From assembly GCF_000018305.1 (NCBI RefSeq), contig NC_009954.1:1500001-1532000 (forward strand): DNA of 32,000 nucleotides, read 5' to 3'. The first letter of the stretch is position 1, and each line of letters begins with the position of its first letter. This DNA comes from Caldivirga maquilingensis IC-167. Its GTDB lineage: Archaea; Thermoproteota; Thermoprotei; Thermoproteales; Thermocladiaceae. Below, piece after piece: positions 1 through 8,729 of the stretch. The translations under genes were made by a program, and so were the position numbers. The notes beneath the pieces are model-generated. The model had not been told where the DNA came from, did no database searches, and saw only the letters and a program-made list of their open reading frames with translations.

Positions 1-537
1 GTAGCTTAATTACTTAGAAATCTTTGATTTATCTCTGGATTTAGTTAATTTTAGATTACAATGGCTTAGTGAATCTATTATTATTTTAACCATAACAATG
101 AACATGCAGGTTAGTCCCAATCTTTAGATATGCATGTTAGAATACGATGGAGAATTTATTGATGATTAGTAGCTATTAACAAGGGCCTACATTAAAGCCC
201 ACGTAAGTGTTAATACTTAAGTAATAATCACTTAAGCTACTGTAGGCTTAGTAATTCAGCTTCTGCATAGCTGTCTTAAAGAATTCAGTGTACACCTGGG
301 TCTGACTATTCCCAGCCCTACTCATTGCCGGGGCACTGATTAAGAAGTGAAGGATAAAAAGGCTACTGCTAAGGATATGGACCCTTCTATTGTTTAAAAT
401 TTAGTAGCTTCTCTAGCAACTCCTTTTTTCTTTCCCTATCTATTATGGTGTTCCAAAGTAGCTCTACATTATTTAAATCTCCTCTTAGTTTATTCTTAAT
501 ATTTTCAAACTTATCTTTTATACTCACTACACTTTTT

Positions 538-1131
538 CTATTTTTTACACCCCTTAATATTTCTCAGTAGCGTGTCTTTATCTACATCTGGATTCCTCTT
601 AGATAAATTCTCATTTATAATTTCACTTAAATTATCTTGTTTTAATACTAGTACTGGTAATGTTGCAAATCTATATATATCTAGCAAATCAACTACGAAT
701 ATTCTCTTCTGTTTATTATTAAAGAAGAATTCCTCAGCTTCTGTTAGATCATTGAATACTCTATTGGCTAAACTTCTATTAGTGAGCAATGGTATGTCAA
801 ATCTTAGTATATTAAAACCCGTAAGTACGGCCGTAGCATCATTAGGTATATTCTCAATAAGTTTCTTGAAGCCGTTTAATAATTTCTGTTCAGCTTTGTT
901 GCACTCTTCGTCGTAATCGATCAAACTTTTAATTCCAAAATCCTCAAGTTGATTCTTTATATTCTCATTGCTTTTCGTATTCCTCATCGTATTTATTGAT
1001 CCTTTGTATTCAATTAGCTTTACCCCAATGGCAAGAACCTTATCATTAAGGTGAGGCAGTTTATCAGGTGAGCAAGTTTCTATATCAAAACCCAGTACAA
1101 TCCAAGGTCTTTTTCTTCCCCGATTTACCAC
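538..1131 (-). CDS. Stand-alone DEDD 3'-5' exonuclease related to the family-B DNA polymerase exonuclease domain (PF10108-like)
   Basis: 197-aa ORF. It has an ExoI-like LGFDIET motif near the N-terminus, an ExoII-like GFNILRFDIPLL (NxxxFD) motif, and a later VVDLLDIY acidic motif. No polymerase domain follows. Motifs were recognised by eye only. Confidence 0.6.
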   Translation of the reverse strand: MVNRGRKRPWIVLGFDIETCSPDKLPHLNDKVLAIGVKLIEYKGSINTMRNTKSNENIKNQLEDFGIKSLIDYDEECNKAEQKLLNGFKKLIENIPNDATAVLTGFNILRFDIPLLTNRSLANRVFNDLTEAEEFFFNNKQKRIFVVDLLDIYRFATLPVLVLKQDNLSEIINENLSKRNPDVDKDTLLRNIKGCKK

Positions 1132-1152
1132 TGTAGCTCACTATTACATTAT

Positions 1153-1160
1153 TTTATAAA
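1153..1160 (-). promoter_or_regulatory. TATA-like box (ttttataa / tttataaa) about 25-30 nt upstream of the exonuclease start codon, suggesting a leaderless mRNA
   Basis: An AT-rich palindromic tttataaa element lies at 1153-1160, with a second copy at 1165-1177. The start codon is at 1131 on the minus strand, which fits crenarchaeal TATA spacing. Confidence 0.35.
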
Positions 1161-1485
1161 TGTACTTTATAAATATAACTTCTTAGATCTTTATTCATAC
1201 TATCATTATTTCTTAATTCAATTAATTCATACGGCATAGACACCAGGAGTTTATTGATTCCAAACTCACTTAACACATTTAGGATGTACGTGATAACATC
1301 CTTTGATATTCACCGCCAGGAAATTTGGCATACGCAGTCAGCAGTACCTCACTTACCTTACCCCTACATTGAGCTCCAGTTATATAATCAAGTCTCCTTT
1401 TCCTAAGCCCTTCGGCTACCTTATGGAGTAATACATCCCCTTAACCTACTTAGTTACTGAAAGTATTAAAGGGGAGTTAGGGGGA

Positions 1486-2493
1486 ATGATTAACGTGGGT
1501 AGGATTAAGCTTAGTTTTGCGGGTATTCGAGTTGATTTCGTTGATAGGGAGTGGGCTCTTAGGCGTATTGAGAAATGGGCTGAGGGAGGTACTTATCCCG
1601 TTCAGGTTGTTTATGGTCCTGAGGGTTGTGGTAAGACTGCTTGGCTTAGGCAGTCTGTGGAGTTGCTTAGGGGTTTGGGTTTTGATGTTGTTTACGTTAA
1701 TCCAATTAATAGGGAGTTTTTAACGGGATTCAATGTTTTGAGGGATAGGTTCCTTGCCGTTATTAAGGAGACTATTAGCCAGGATGCGTTAGGTAGATTG
1801 GTTTGGTTAGCCTTCGATGTGGCTAAGGAGTTGATTAAGGTTACTAGGGGTAGGGTGGCTGTTATTGTTGATGATGCATTCCAGGTAATTGGGGTTAAGG
1901 AATCAACACTCTACGTTAAAGCACTACTAAACCTAATAGAATACCCACCAGAACAATACGAAAAAATAGTGGCCGTAACCGCTACCAGTGAGGGAGTCTC
2001 GAAGAGTGAGATTGGTAGGCATAGGTGGGCGAATTTACTAACAATGTGGAATATGACTAAGGATGGTTTTAAGGAGCTTTATGATCAAATACCAGGCGAT
2101 AAACCAAGTCTTGAGGAATTATGGAAACTAACTGGGGGAAATCCATGGATGCTTGAAATGCTCTATGAGGCCCACTGGAGTGTTGATCAAGTGGTTAATA
2201 GGATTATTAGGAGTAAGGGGTTGATAAGCTTCATTCAATCACTCAGTGAAAACGATAAGAAACTGCTTATGAAGGCATTAGAGGACCCGGACACACTCAT
2301 GAGTAGGGATGGGGTAATGCTCATGAATAAGTTAGTGGAGTTGAACCTAATAATCGACAACATATACCCCAGGGACGAGTACCTATGGGTGGATTCACCA
2401 CCACCTGAGAGGGATAATGAACTAGGTATTGGTAAGTATACGGCATGGCAAAGCCCACTCCACAGGGAGGCTGTAAGGAGGGTATTAAGTTAA
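1486..2493 (+). CDS. Archaeal ATPase family protein (PF01637/COG1672-like AAA-type NTPase with C-terminal wHTH-like region), paralog 1 of 4
   Basis: 335 aa. Walker A is YGPEGCGKTAWL and Walker B is VAVIVDDAFQ. The VTATSEG sensor-like motif and the C-terminal LGIGKYTAWQSPLHREAVRRVL tail are shared with ORFs 13623, 15554 and 17345. Confidence 0.8.
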   Translation: MINVGRIKLSFAGIRVDFVDREWALRRIEKWAEGGTYPVQVVYGPEGCGKTAWLRQSVELLRGLGFDVVYVNPINREFLTGFNVLRDRFLAVIKETISQDALGRLVWLAFDVAKELIKVTRGRVAVIVDDAFQVIGVKESTLYVKALLNLIEYPPEQYEKIVAVTATSEGVSKSEIGRHRWANLLTMWNMTKDGFKELYDQIPGDKPSLEELWKLTGGNPWMLEMLYEAHWSVDQVVNRIIRSKGLISFIQSLSENDKKLLMKALEDPDTLMSRDGVMLMNKLVELNLIIDNIYPRDEYLWVDSPPPERDNELGIGKYTAWQSPLHREAVRRVLS

Positions 2494-2616
2494 GTGACTA
2501 ATACAGGGTGATGATTCTAATTGTTGATTCCTTGAATTCCTTAATAAAGGTTTAGTGATGTTGATGAATTAATTATTAATATTCACTGTGTAAAGTAATG
2601 GTTAAGGGCCTTGAAT

Positions 2617-3336
2617 CTACTCATATGGGTATTGGTTAAGCCCAAGGTATTGGCTAAGCAACTTACGTAGGGCGTTCCTTAACTCGTGGTTAACAGTTGA
2701 TGGGGATAGGTTAAGTGCTTTACTTAGGTTAATTAGGTTAATTCCCCTAGGTTCATCGAAGAAGCCGCCTTTATGGGCAGCCTTGAGTACTTTTAATTCG
2801 TTCTTAGTTAATAATGCGTGAATACTCCTAGAGTTAACCAGGTTAAATGCGTCGTTTAAATCAATGTCCCTAACCCTGAAGGATAATACTCTACCACTGT
2901 CTTCTAATTGTCTCCTAAAGGTTTCAATGGAATCCTTATTCATGAATATGAAACCCCAGTTTTCAATACCATTAACTATGTGATCCTTAGTCTCAAAACC
3001 ACTTAGCTGCCATGCCTTATACCTAGTGGAGTCATTTAAACTGTTCTTCAACACGATGGCAATTCTCTTAGGGTACCCATAATTCAATTCCCTGAACCCA
3101 ACTACATCAATTATTGCGTCACTACTCCTAATAATGCGCATTATTCTCTTCAATGAATCCTTATCCCTAACCTTGAGTATTGAGAATTCAAGGGAGTAAC
3201 CCCTCAATGCATTAATATCAGATTTCATGACAACATACTCATAATCAAAGTTAACCCTTGAGGTCCAGTCGGATAAGTGAATTAAACTGAGTTCCACATA
3301 AGTTAATCTATCACTATTGATGTACATTAAACTCAA
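2617..3336 (-). CDS. HTH_10 (bacterio-opsin-activator-type) transcriptional regulator
   Basis: 239 aa. The C-terminal LTKNELKVLKAAHKGGFFDEPRGINLINLSKALNLSPSTVNHELRNALRKLL matches the classic HTH_10 pattern (T..e..L..A...GyF..PR...l..lA..l.is.st...hLR.a..Kl). The N-terminal domain is uncharacterised. Confidence 0.7.
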   Translation of the reverse strand: MSLMYINSDRLTYVELSLIHLSDWTSRVNFDYEYVVMKSDINALRGYSLEFSILKVRDKDSLKRIMRIIRSSDAIIDVVGFRELNYGYPKRIAIVLKNSLNDSTRYKAWQLSGFETKDHIVNGIENWGFIFMNKDSIETFRRQLEDSGRVLSFRVRDIDLNDAFNLVNSRSIHALLTKNELKVLKAAHKGGFFDEPRGINLINLSKALNLSPSTVNHELRNALRKLLSQYLGLNQYPYE

Positions 3337-3538
3337 TATGTTTTAAGAAATTTAAAAATTTTCCCAAAGCGCATTAGTTAATGTACTATATGTCATTTTT
3401 AAAAGCCGCATGCGATACCGTGGTGATACAATCTGGTGAATGTAATGGTTAATGTGAGGTAAAATATTACGTAATTTTATAGTGTACAGTGGGTTTACTT
3501 ACATATAATTATTGATATCGTAAGCTTTCTAATACTAG

Positions 3539-3546
3539 TTTATTAA
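3539..3546 (+). promoter_or_regulatory. TATA-like box tttattaa centred about 27 nt upstream of ATG 3569
   Basis: The spacing fits a leaderless transcript that starts at ATG 3569 (MSGVMKAVILLL...) rather than at the GTG at 3548 used by the ORF track. Confidence 0.35.
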
Positions 3547-3547
3547 G

Positions 3548-5908
3548 GTGATTGCAGCAAATAGTGTTATGAGCGGGGTCATGAAGGCAGTAATACTACT
3601 CCTTGCAGTAACACTACTGGTGACTACCGTGGTTTATGCGCAGCAGACTTTCACAGTTATTAATGCTGAATCAAGCACGTACATATATGCACCTGGAATA
3701 CCAGTGTTCAACCCCTACACACCCAGTAATCTAGTGGGTGTTGTTTCCACGTGGGTTCCCCTAGCGTTCTATAACCCAGTTACTAATCATTTCTGGCCTA
3801 TTCTTGCTGAGAATTGGACTATTCAGGTTTTGCCTAATGGTTCAGGTATTTTGACTGTTTACCTTAGGAGGGGCTTGTATTGGTTTAATGGTTCAGCGGT
3901 AATGCCTTTCACTGCTTGGGATGTTTACACATACTTCTATATTGGTGTTAAGGCGTTTAAATGGTACTACCCATACATGTTACCTCAATATGCTGATGAA
4001 GACATTAGGGTATTGGATAACTATACTATTCAATTCCTATTCCAGAAATGGAGCCCAACAGAGTGGATATTCTTGCTAGCAAGCCAGATTAGTACACCAT
4101 ACTCAGTATGGGAACCAATAGTGGATAAACTCAAAACAATGAACGTTACTCAGACGGCAAAGTACTCAACGAACGTAACGGAGTTTGTACCACCGTACTG
4201 GGGTTTAAGCCCATACTACTTAACCTTCATTAGCACTAATACTGTTGTTGAGAAGCTTGAGCCCATGTACTTTAACGGTAAGCCGTTATTAGCCATTTGG
4301 GATGAATTATTCCCATTCAACACATTCAACTACTACCCTGAAGTAGAGTCAGTGTACCCTGGTGGTAATACTCAAGACTTAGCCCTTGAAATCGCTGGTA
4401 AGGCTAATTGGGCATACGTTGGCTTATCATCACAGCAGATAGAGACAGCAATGCAGCATGGGTTTAAGAACATTAACCTTTACGCATGGTCAACCTACGC
4501 TATCGCCATTAACGCCTACAACTTCCCAACCAATAACATGTGGCTTAACCTTAAGTTTAGGCAAGCATTATTATGGGTCCTTAATAGGACTGAAATGGCA
4601 GCTGCATGGGGCTTACCTGGTGTACCTAATTCATCATGGATACTGCCTCTATGGCGTAACATACCAAGCCCAGACTACATACTCTCCACGTATCCTCAGC
4701 CAATACAGAACATGGTGTATGATTACATGACGTATACCGTTAATTGGACTAAGGCCGCTGAAATACTTGAGAGTGCTGGTTTCTATGAGAAGAATGGGCA
4801 ATGGTATACTCCAGGTGGTCAACCAATTAAGATGACGCTAATGATGCCTGCCCAATTCACTAACCAGGTCGCCGCTGTTTCTAATGCTGCGGAGCAGTTT
4901 AGTATCTTTGGTATACCAACCACTACACTTGCTGAGGATGTTGCAACATACTCAAGTCATATACTGATAACTGGTGATTACCAGGCTGCTGATTACTTCG
5001 GGCCTGGTTTAGTAAGTTACTACACTGGTTGGTCAATGTGGGTTAATCCCTTCGACAGTAACCTATTCATAAACACATCATTGCCTTACCCATTCCAGTG
5101 GCCTAATGGAACATGCACACCAGTGACGTTATCATTACCCATGCCTAACTCCACTATAGTTACATGCATTAACTCAACCCTCGGTTGGATTAACATAACC
5201 AATGCTGAGTACGCCTTCTACTCAGCCGTACCAGGTAGTCCACAGTATGAGGAGGCTGTGGAGGTATTGTTTGCATGGTGGAATTACTTTGTGCCTCAAC
5301 TAGAGTGGGGTGAGAAGCTTGAGCCGCAGCAGTGGGATCCTAATGTATTTGACTTGGATTGGGCGTATGAATGCTCCAATGCACCAACCGTTAATATGGC
5401 TATTGGTCCAGCCAACCTAATAGCTCAATACGTGGTTATGCCGCCTCAGCAGGTTTGGGGTGTTCCAGGTGTTTCAGGTGGCGTTTGGATGCCTGGTCCA
5501 TTATACTTCGGTGGTGTTGTTCCTCCTGGCGTAATACCACCATTAGCGGAAGCTATGCTTAATGGTTCACTTTGGACTAAGTACGCCAATTACGCAAACT
5601 TCCTCGGCATAACACCAGGCAGCTTTAACTTAGCTTGCGTTGCATCGTACTTCCATACAATATACACTCCAGTAACCGCATCAACCACTACCTCAACAAC
5701 CACTGTTACTTCAACTGCTGTTGCTACTGTGACTAGTACTGCCACTGTAACATCAACAAGCACAGTAGTAAGCACAACAACCACTACGGCTGTAAGCACA
5801 GTAACAATCACTAAACCAGTAGTATCAACAACACTAGTAATAGGAATAGTAATCATAGTAATAGTCATAGCAGCAGTAGCAGCAATAATAGTGTTAAGGA
5901 GGAGGTAA
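3548..5908 (+). CDS. ABC-transporter family-5 extracellular solute-binding protein (oligopeptide/oligosaccharide type) with Thr/Ser-rich linker and C-terminal membrane anchor
   Basis: 786 aa with an N-terminal signal/TM (AVILLLAVTLLVTTVVYA). The SBP_bac_5-like core is PILAENWTIQ...LTVYLRRGLYWFNGSAVMPFTAWDVYTYF. The C-terminus has a T/S/V-rich linker, then a hydrophobic helix (LVIGIVIIVIVIAAVAAIIVL) and RRR. There are many N-x-S/T sequons. The true start is probably ATG 3569. Confidence 0.75.
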   Translation: MIAANSVMSGVMKAVILLLAVTLLVTTVVYAQQTFTVINAESSTYIYAPGIPVFNPYTPSNLVGVVSTWVPLAFYNPVTNHFWPILAENWTIQVLPNGSGILTVYLRRGLYWFNGSAVMPFTAWDVYTYFYIGVKAFKWYYPYMLPQYADEDIRVLDNYTIQFLFQKWSPTEWIFLLASQISTPYSVWEPIVDKLKTMNVTQTAKYSTNVTEFVPPYWGLSPYYLTFISTNTVVEKLEPMYFNGKPLLAIWDELFPFNTFNYYPEVESVYPGGNTQDLALEIAGKANWAYVGLSSQQIETAMQHGFKNINLYAWSTYAIAINAYNFPTNNMWLNLKFRQALLWVLNRTEMAAAWGLPGVPNSSWILPLWRNIPSPDYILSTYPQPIQNMVYDYMTYTVNWTKAAEILESAGFYEKNGQWYTPGGQPIKMTLMMPAQFTNQVAAVSNAAEQFSIFGIPTTTLAEDVATYSSHILITGDYQAADYFGPGLVSYYTGWSMWVNPFDSNLFINTSLPYPFQWPNGTCTPVTLSLPMPNSTIVTCINSTLGWINITNAEYAFYSAVPGSPQYEEAVEVLFAWWNYFVPQLEWGEKLEPQQWDPNVFDLDWAYECSNAPTVNMAIGPANLIAQYVVMPPQQVWGVPGVSGGVWMPGPLYFGGVVPPGVIPPLAEAMLNGSLWTKYANYANFLGITPGSFNLACVASYFHTIYTPVTASTTTSTTTVTSTAVATVTSTATVTSTSTVVSTTTTTAVSTVTITKPVVSTTLVIGIVIIVIVIAAVAAIIVLRRR
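5675..5815 (+). repeat. Low-complexity ACN/GTN codon repeat encoding the Thr/Ser/Val-rich stalk of the binding protein
   Basis: It encodes TASTTTSTTTVTSTAVATVTSTATVTSTSTVVSTTTTTAVSTVTITKP. The antisense shadow ORF 5590..5970 is an artefact of this repeat. Confidence 0.8.
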
Positions 5909-6088
5909 TCGTTCCTTAATTCACTCTTAAAAACCCTTAAAAATATTATTTTCCTCCATACTTCCTTCATGTAATGTAGATTTAGGCTAATCTTAGATTT
6001 ATACCACTTGTGTGCTTCGAATATGCCTTTAGACTACTAGTAGATCCTCAGTTCTAAGTCTAATGGTGGGTTGGATTAGGCGTATTGT

Positions 6089-6334
6089 TTAGGCTAGTAT
6101 TGATATTATTTTAATGGTTGTGAAGTATATGAAGGCTATTATTAATGCGGCCGTGATAATGTTATTAATGATCCTAAGCCTCCTGGGTAATGGACTGTAG
6201 ACTAGTACCGTGGTTATGTATATTAAGGCTGTTACTGTTACGTAGACGCCTAGGTTGGTGACGCCTAGGTAGGCTAGGAATGCGTAGGCGATGCCGTATA
6301 GTACTGCCTGGGTGACTAGGAGTTCCTTAAGCAT
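6089..6334 (-). CDS. Small hypothetical integral membrane protein (about 3 TM helices)
   Basis: The 81-aa ORF consists almost entirely of hydrophobic helices. I recognise no family. Confidence 0.45.
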   Translation of the reverse strand: MLKELLVTQAVLYGIAYAFLAYLGVTNLGVYVTVTALIYITTVLVYSPLPRRLRIINNIITAALIIAFIYFTTIKIISILA

Positions 6335-6455
6335 TCAGGCTGGGTTGCTTGGGGTTTCTTTAATGGTTTACGCCCTTGGGGTGGTAGTAATGGGGTTATT
6401 GTTGAGGGGGCTTACTGGTTATTAGGATTCATGTTGACTTAAACTGGTAGACGTA

Positions 6456-7421
6456 GTGTCCTTACTTAATGCTTCTCATAATCGTAAGTGCCAAGCCTGT
6501 GTTAAGGTTTGTGAATTATGTAATTTTTATAATTGCTTAGGCGCTGGGTTAGTGATGATAATACTTGTGACTGGGGTTAGTTCATCACCGGGCTATAAGA
6601 CTGCTGTTAAATTGGCTGGGATTCATGAGGTTATTGGTGTCTATAATGAGCACCCTGTTAATGTGCCTAATGCCACTGTGGTTAAGGCTGATTTAACTAA
6701 GGATGCCTCAAGGTTGATTAATGAATATAAGCCCAATGTAGTTATTCACACGGCTGCCGTGGGTAATGTTGACCAGTGTGAGGATCAACCTGACTTATGC
6801 TATAGGGTTAATGTTGAGACCTCAAGGATACTCCTCAGGGAGGCTTATAGGGTTGGTTCAGCAATATACTACTTATCAACGGACTACGTCTTCGATGGTG
6901 AGAGGGGACTGTATAATGAGGATGATGCCCCAAGGCCAATTAACTACTACGGTTTAAGTAAGCTATTGGCCGAGGAGATAACTAGGGCCCTGGGTGGCTC
7001 AATTATTAGGGTTGCCTGGGTTTACGGCACTGGGCCTGGTAGGGTGAATTTCGGTAGGACTGTGGTTGAGAAGCTTTCAAGGGGTGAGGTGGTTAATGCC
7101 ATTATTGATCAGTGGTCTTCACCAACATTAAACACCATAATTGGTGAGGCAATGCTTAGGCTAGTGGAGTCAAGGTTCACTGGGGTTCTTCACGTAACCG
7201 GCCCTAGGATGAGTAGGTTTGATTTCGCTAAGGCCATAGCCAGGTACTTTAAGTTTAATGAGGATTTGGTTAAACCAATTAGGCTGAGTGATGTTAATTA
7301 TAAGGCTAGGAGACCGAGGGATAGTAGCTTAAGCAATAAGAGGGCTTTAGGCATCTTGAACATACCGTTGAATGACATAGATTACGCATTATCAATATTC
7401 AAGAGTGAACTAGGCATCTGA
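6456..7421 (+). CDS. rmlD: dTDP-4-dehydrorhamnose reductase-like NAD(P)-dependent SDR (RmlD substrate-binding family)
   Basis: The motifs are MIILVTGVSSSPG (Rossmann), HTAAVGNVDQCEDQP, LSTDYVFDGE and YGLSKLLAEE (YxxxK). The Cys-rich 33-aa N-terminal extension from GTG 6456 is probably not translated, and ATG 6555 (MIILVTG) is the likely start. Confidence 0.75.
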   Translation: MSLLNASHNRKCQACVKVCELCNFYNCLGAGLVMIILVTGVSSSPGYKTAVKLAGIHEVIGVYNEHPVNVPNATVVKADLTKDASRLINEYKPNVVIHTAAVGNVDQCEDQPDLCYRVNVETSRILLREAYRVGSAIYYLSTDYVFDGERGLYNEDDAPRPINYYGLSKLLAEEITRALGGSIIRVAWVYGTGPGRVNFGRTVVEKLSRGEVVNAIIDQWSSPTLNTIIGEAMLRLVESRFTGVLHVTGPRMSRFDFAKAIARYFKFNEDLVKPIRLSDVNYKARRPRDSSLSNKRALGILNIPLNDIDYALSIFKSELGI

Positions 7422-7447
7422 CTCCCGCGTTGGAAGAATTTATTGTG

Positions 7448-8719
7448 TTAGGTTAGTAGGCATTTAAAGTCCCTTAACCTTAAGCAAACCCAGTTAATCA
7501 AGTCCCCATCACCCACGATTACGGGGCTCCTTAAACCTGAGGTGGCTTGGGTTAGCCTACTGATTAATGCATTATGCATCACAGTTAAGTAACCCACGTA
7601 ATCACCCCCACCGAGGATGCTTGCATTAATGTTCTCTAGGTTAGTTAAAATGAGCCTCATGGTTTCATTAAAGTTCCCCTGAGTCACCTTGAAGAACATT
7701 AATTCACCACTCCTATTCACTAAGGCTACATTAACGTATTCACCACTCAATAATGCCTGGGTCACTGTGGCCACTATTAGGCTGCCTAGTTTATCAAGCT
7801 TAACGGCATTGGTTGCGTAGGAGAAGGCTAGCACGTCCCCTGGGGCGTATGGTTCATTAAGCAGCTTAACCACGGGCTTACCTAATTGAGCAGTCTTCTT
7901 CCAGTGAATCCTCCTAATTGGGTCACCTGGCTCATACTCCCTCAGGTCTGAGATATCCCCAACACCGTACACTGAGGCCCTGGCTAAAACACCCTCAGCT
8001 AATTCAAGGGCCTGCTGAGTCCTTGGGGTAACGATAATAGGTGGGTGCCTAATTACCTTAATGACCTTAACCAACCCCCTCACATCCCTTAACTGAACCC
8101 TGATTAAAGGCCTATAGACACCACCCAGTTCAAACAATGCCGTTAACCCAAGCCTCAATTCACCACTACCCCACGTAACCTCACTCACCCTGATGCCGCC
8201 TGGGGCCTCTATTGAGGCCTCTGCATTAACCCTAGGCCTAATAATGACCCTAAGCCTATACTGCAGCGGCGTCCCGGCTACGGTTCTTAATTCACCATCA
8301 GTAGTGGCCGTGAACCTAACCAGTGAAAGCTTAACGAGGCTAATAGCCATGGCTAATAGAATGTAGATTAACGGCACCGCTAATTGCAGTGCAGTGTATG
8401 GGTTAATGAGTATGTAGGCTATTAGCACTGAGGCGGCTATGGGTGTTATGTAGGCTAGGGGTTGGTTAATGCGCCTCAACCTAAGTACTGAGTCGAGTAT
8501 GGGTATTATGGCTAATTCCAATACTAAACCCAGCGGGAATTGGATTAAGCCTGCTACGGCTATGTTAACTAGCGTTAAGGCTTCATCACGCCTACCCCAG
8601 TGGGTTAATTCAAGGATTAGGAGTATTACTGATGAGGCAAGCACCACTGGGTTGCTTACACCAAGCAGTATGTATAATGCCGGTAGTATCTTCCTAACCA
8701 CACTGGTGTTAAGCCTCAT
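7448..8719 (-). CDS. DUF58 family protein (MoxR-associated, vWA-like) with extended multi-TM N-terminus
   Basis: 423 aa. The hallmark motif is LREYEPGDPIRRIHWKKTAQLGKPVVKL. The N-terminal ~130 aa are hydrophobic. It lies 10 nt downstream of the MoxR gene. Confidence 0.8.
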   Translation of the reverse strand: MRLNTSVVRKILPALYILLGVSNPVVLASSVILLILELTHWGRRDEALTLVNIAVAGLIQFPLGLVLELAIIPILDSVLRLRRINQPLAYITPIAASVLIAYILINPYTALQLAVPLIYILLAMAISLVKLSLVRFTATTDGELRTVAGTPLQYRLRVIIRPRVNAEASIEAPGGIRVSEVTWGSGELRLGLTALFELGGVYRPLIRVQLRDVRGLVKVIKVIRHPPIIVTPRTQQALELAEGVLARASVYGVGDISDLREYEPGDPIRRIHWKKTAQLGKPVVKLLNEPYAPGDVLAFSYATNAVKLDKLGSLIVATVTQALLSGEYVNVALVNRSGELMFFKVTQGNFNETMRLILTNLENINASILGGGDYVGYLTVMHNALISRLTQATSGLRSPVIVGDGDLINWVCLRLRDFKCLLT

Positions 8720-8729
8720 GGTTTAACCA

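Noticed and set aside
387-527. 46-aa minus-strand ORF (GTG start; VSIKDKFENIKNKLRGDLNNVELLWNTIIDRERKKELLEKLLNFKQ) immediately downstream of the exonuclease gene in the +1 frame
   Set aside because: It is too short and compositionally simple to support from sequence alone. It could be a small coiled-coil protein or a frameshifted C-terminal extension of the exonuclease, but no motif or coupling signal distinguishes it from chance.
1279-1443. Minus-strand open frame GDVLLHKVAEGLRKRRLDYITGAQCRGKVSEVLLTAYAKFPGGEYQRMLSRTS* in the exonuclease/ATPase spacer
   Set aside because: It has no ATG, GTG or TTG start after the upstream in-frame stop, apart from an ATG five codons from the end. At best it is a decayed 3' gene remnant, and I cannot assign a family.
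2500-2585. Possible C/D-box sRNA in the convergent intergenic region (gtgatga at 2507-2513 and ttgatga near 2563-2569)
   Set aside because: No CUGA D or D' boxes occur at the required ~12-nt spacing after either C-like box (the downstream sequence reads ...attc... and ...tatt.../cactgtg). There are no terminal complementary ends, so the box architecture is incomplete.
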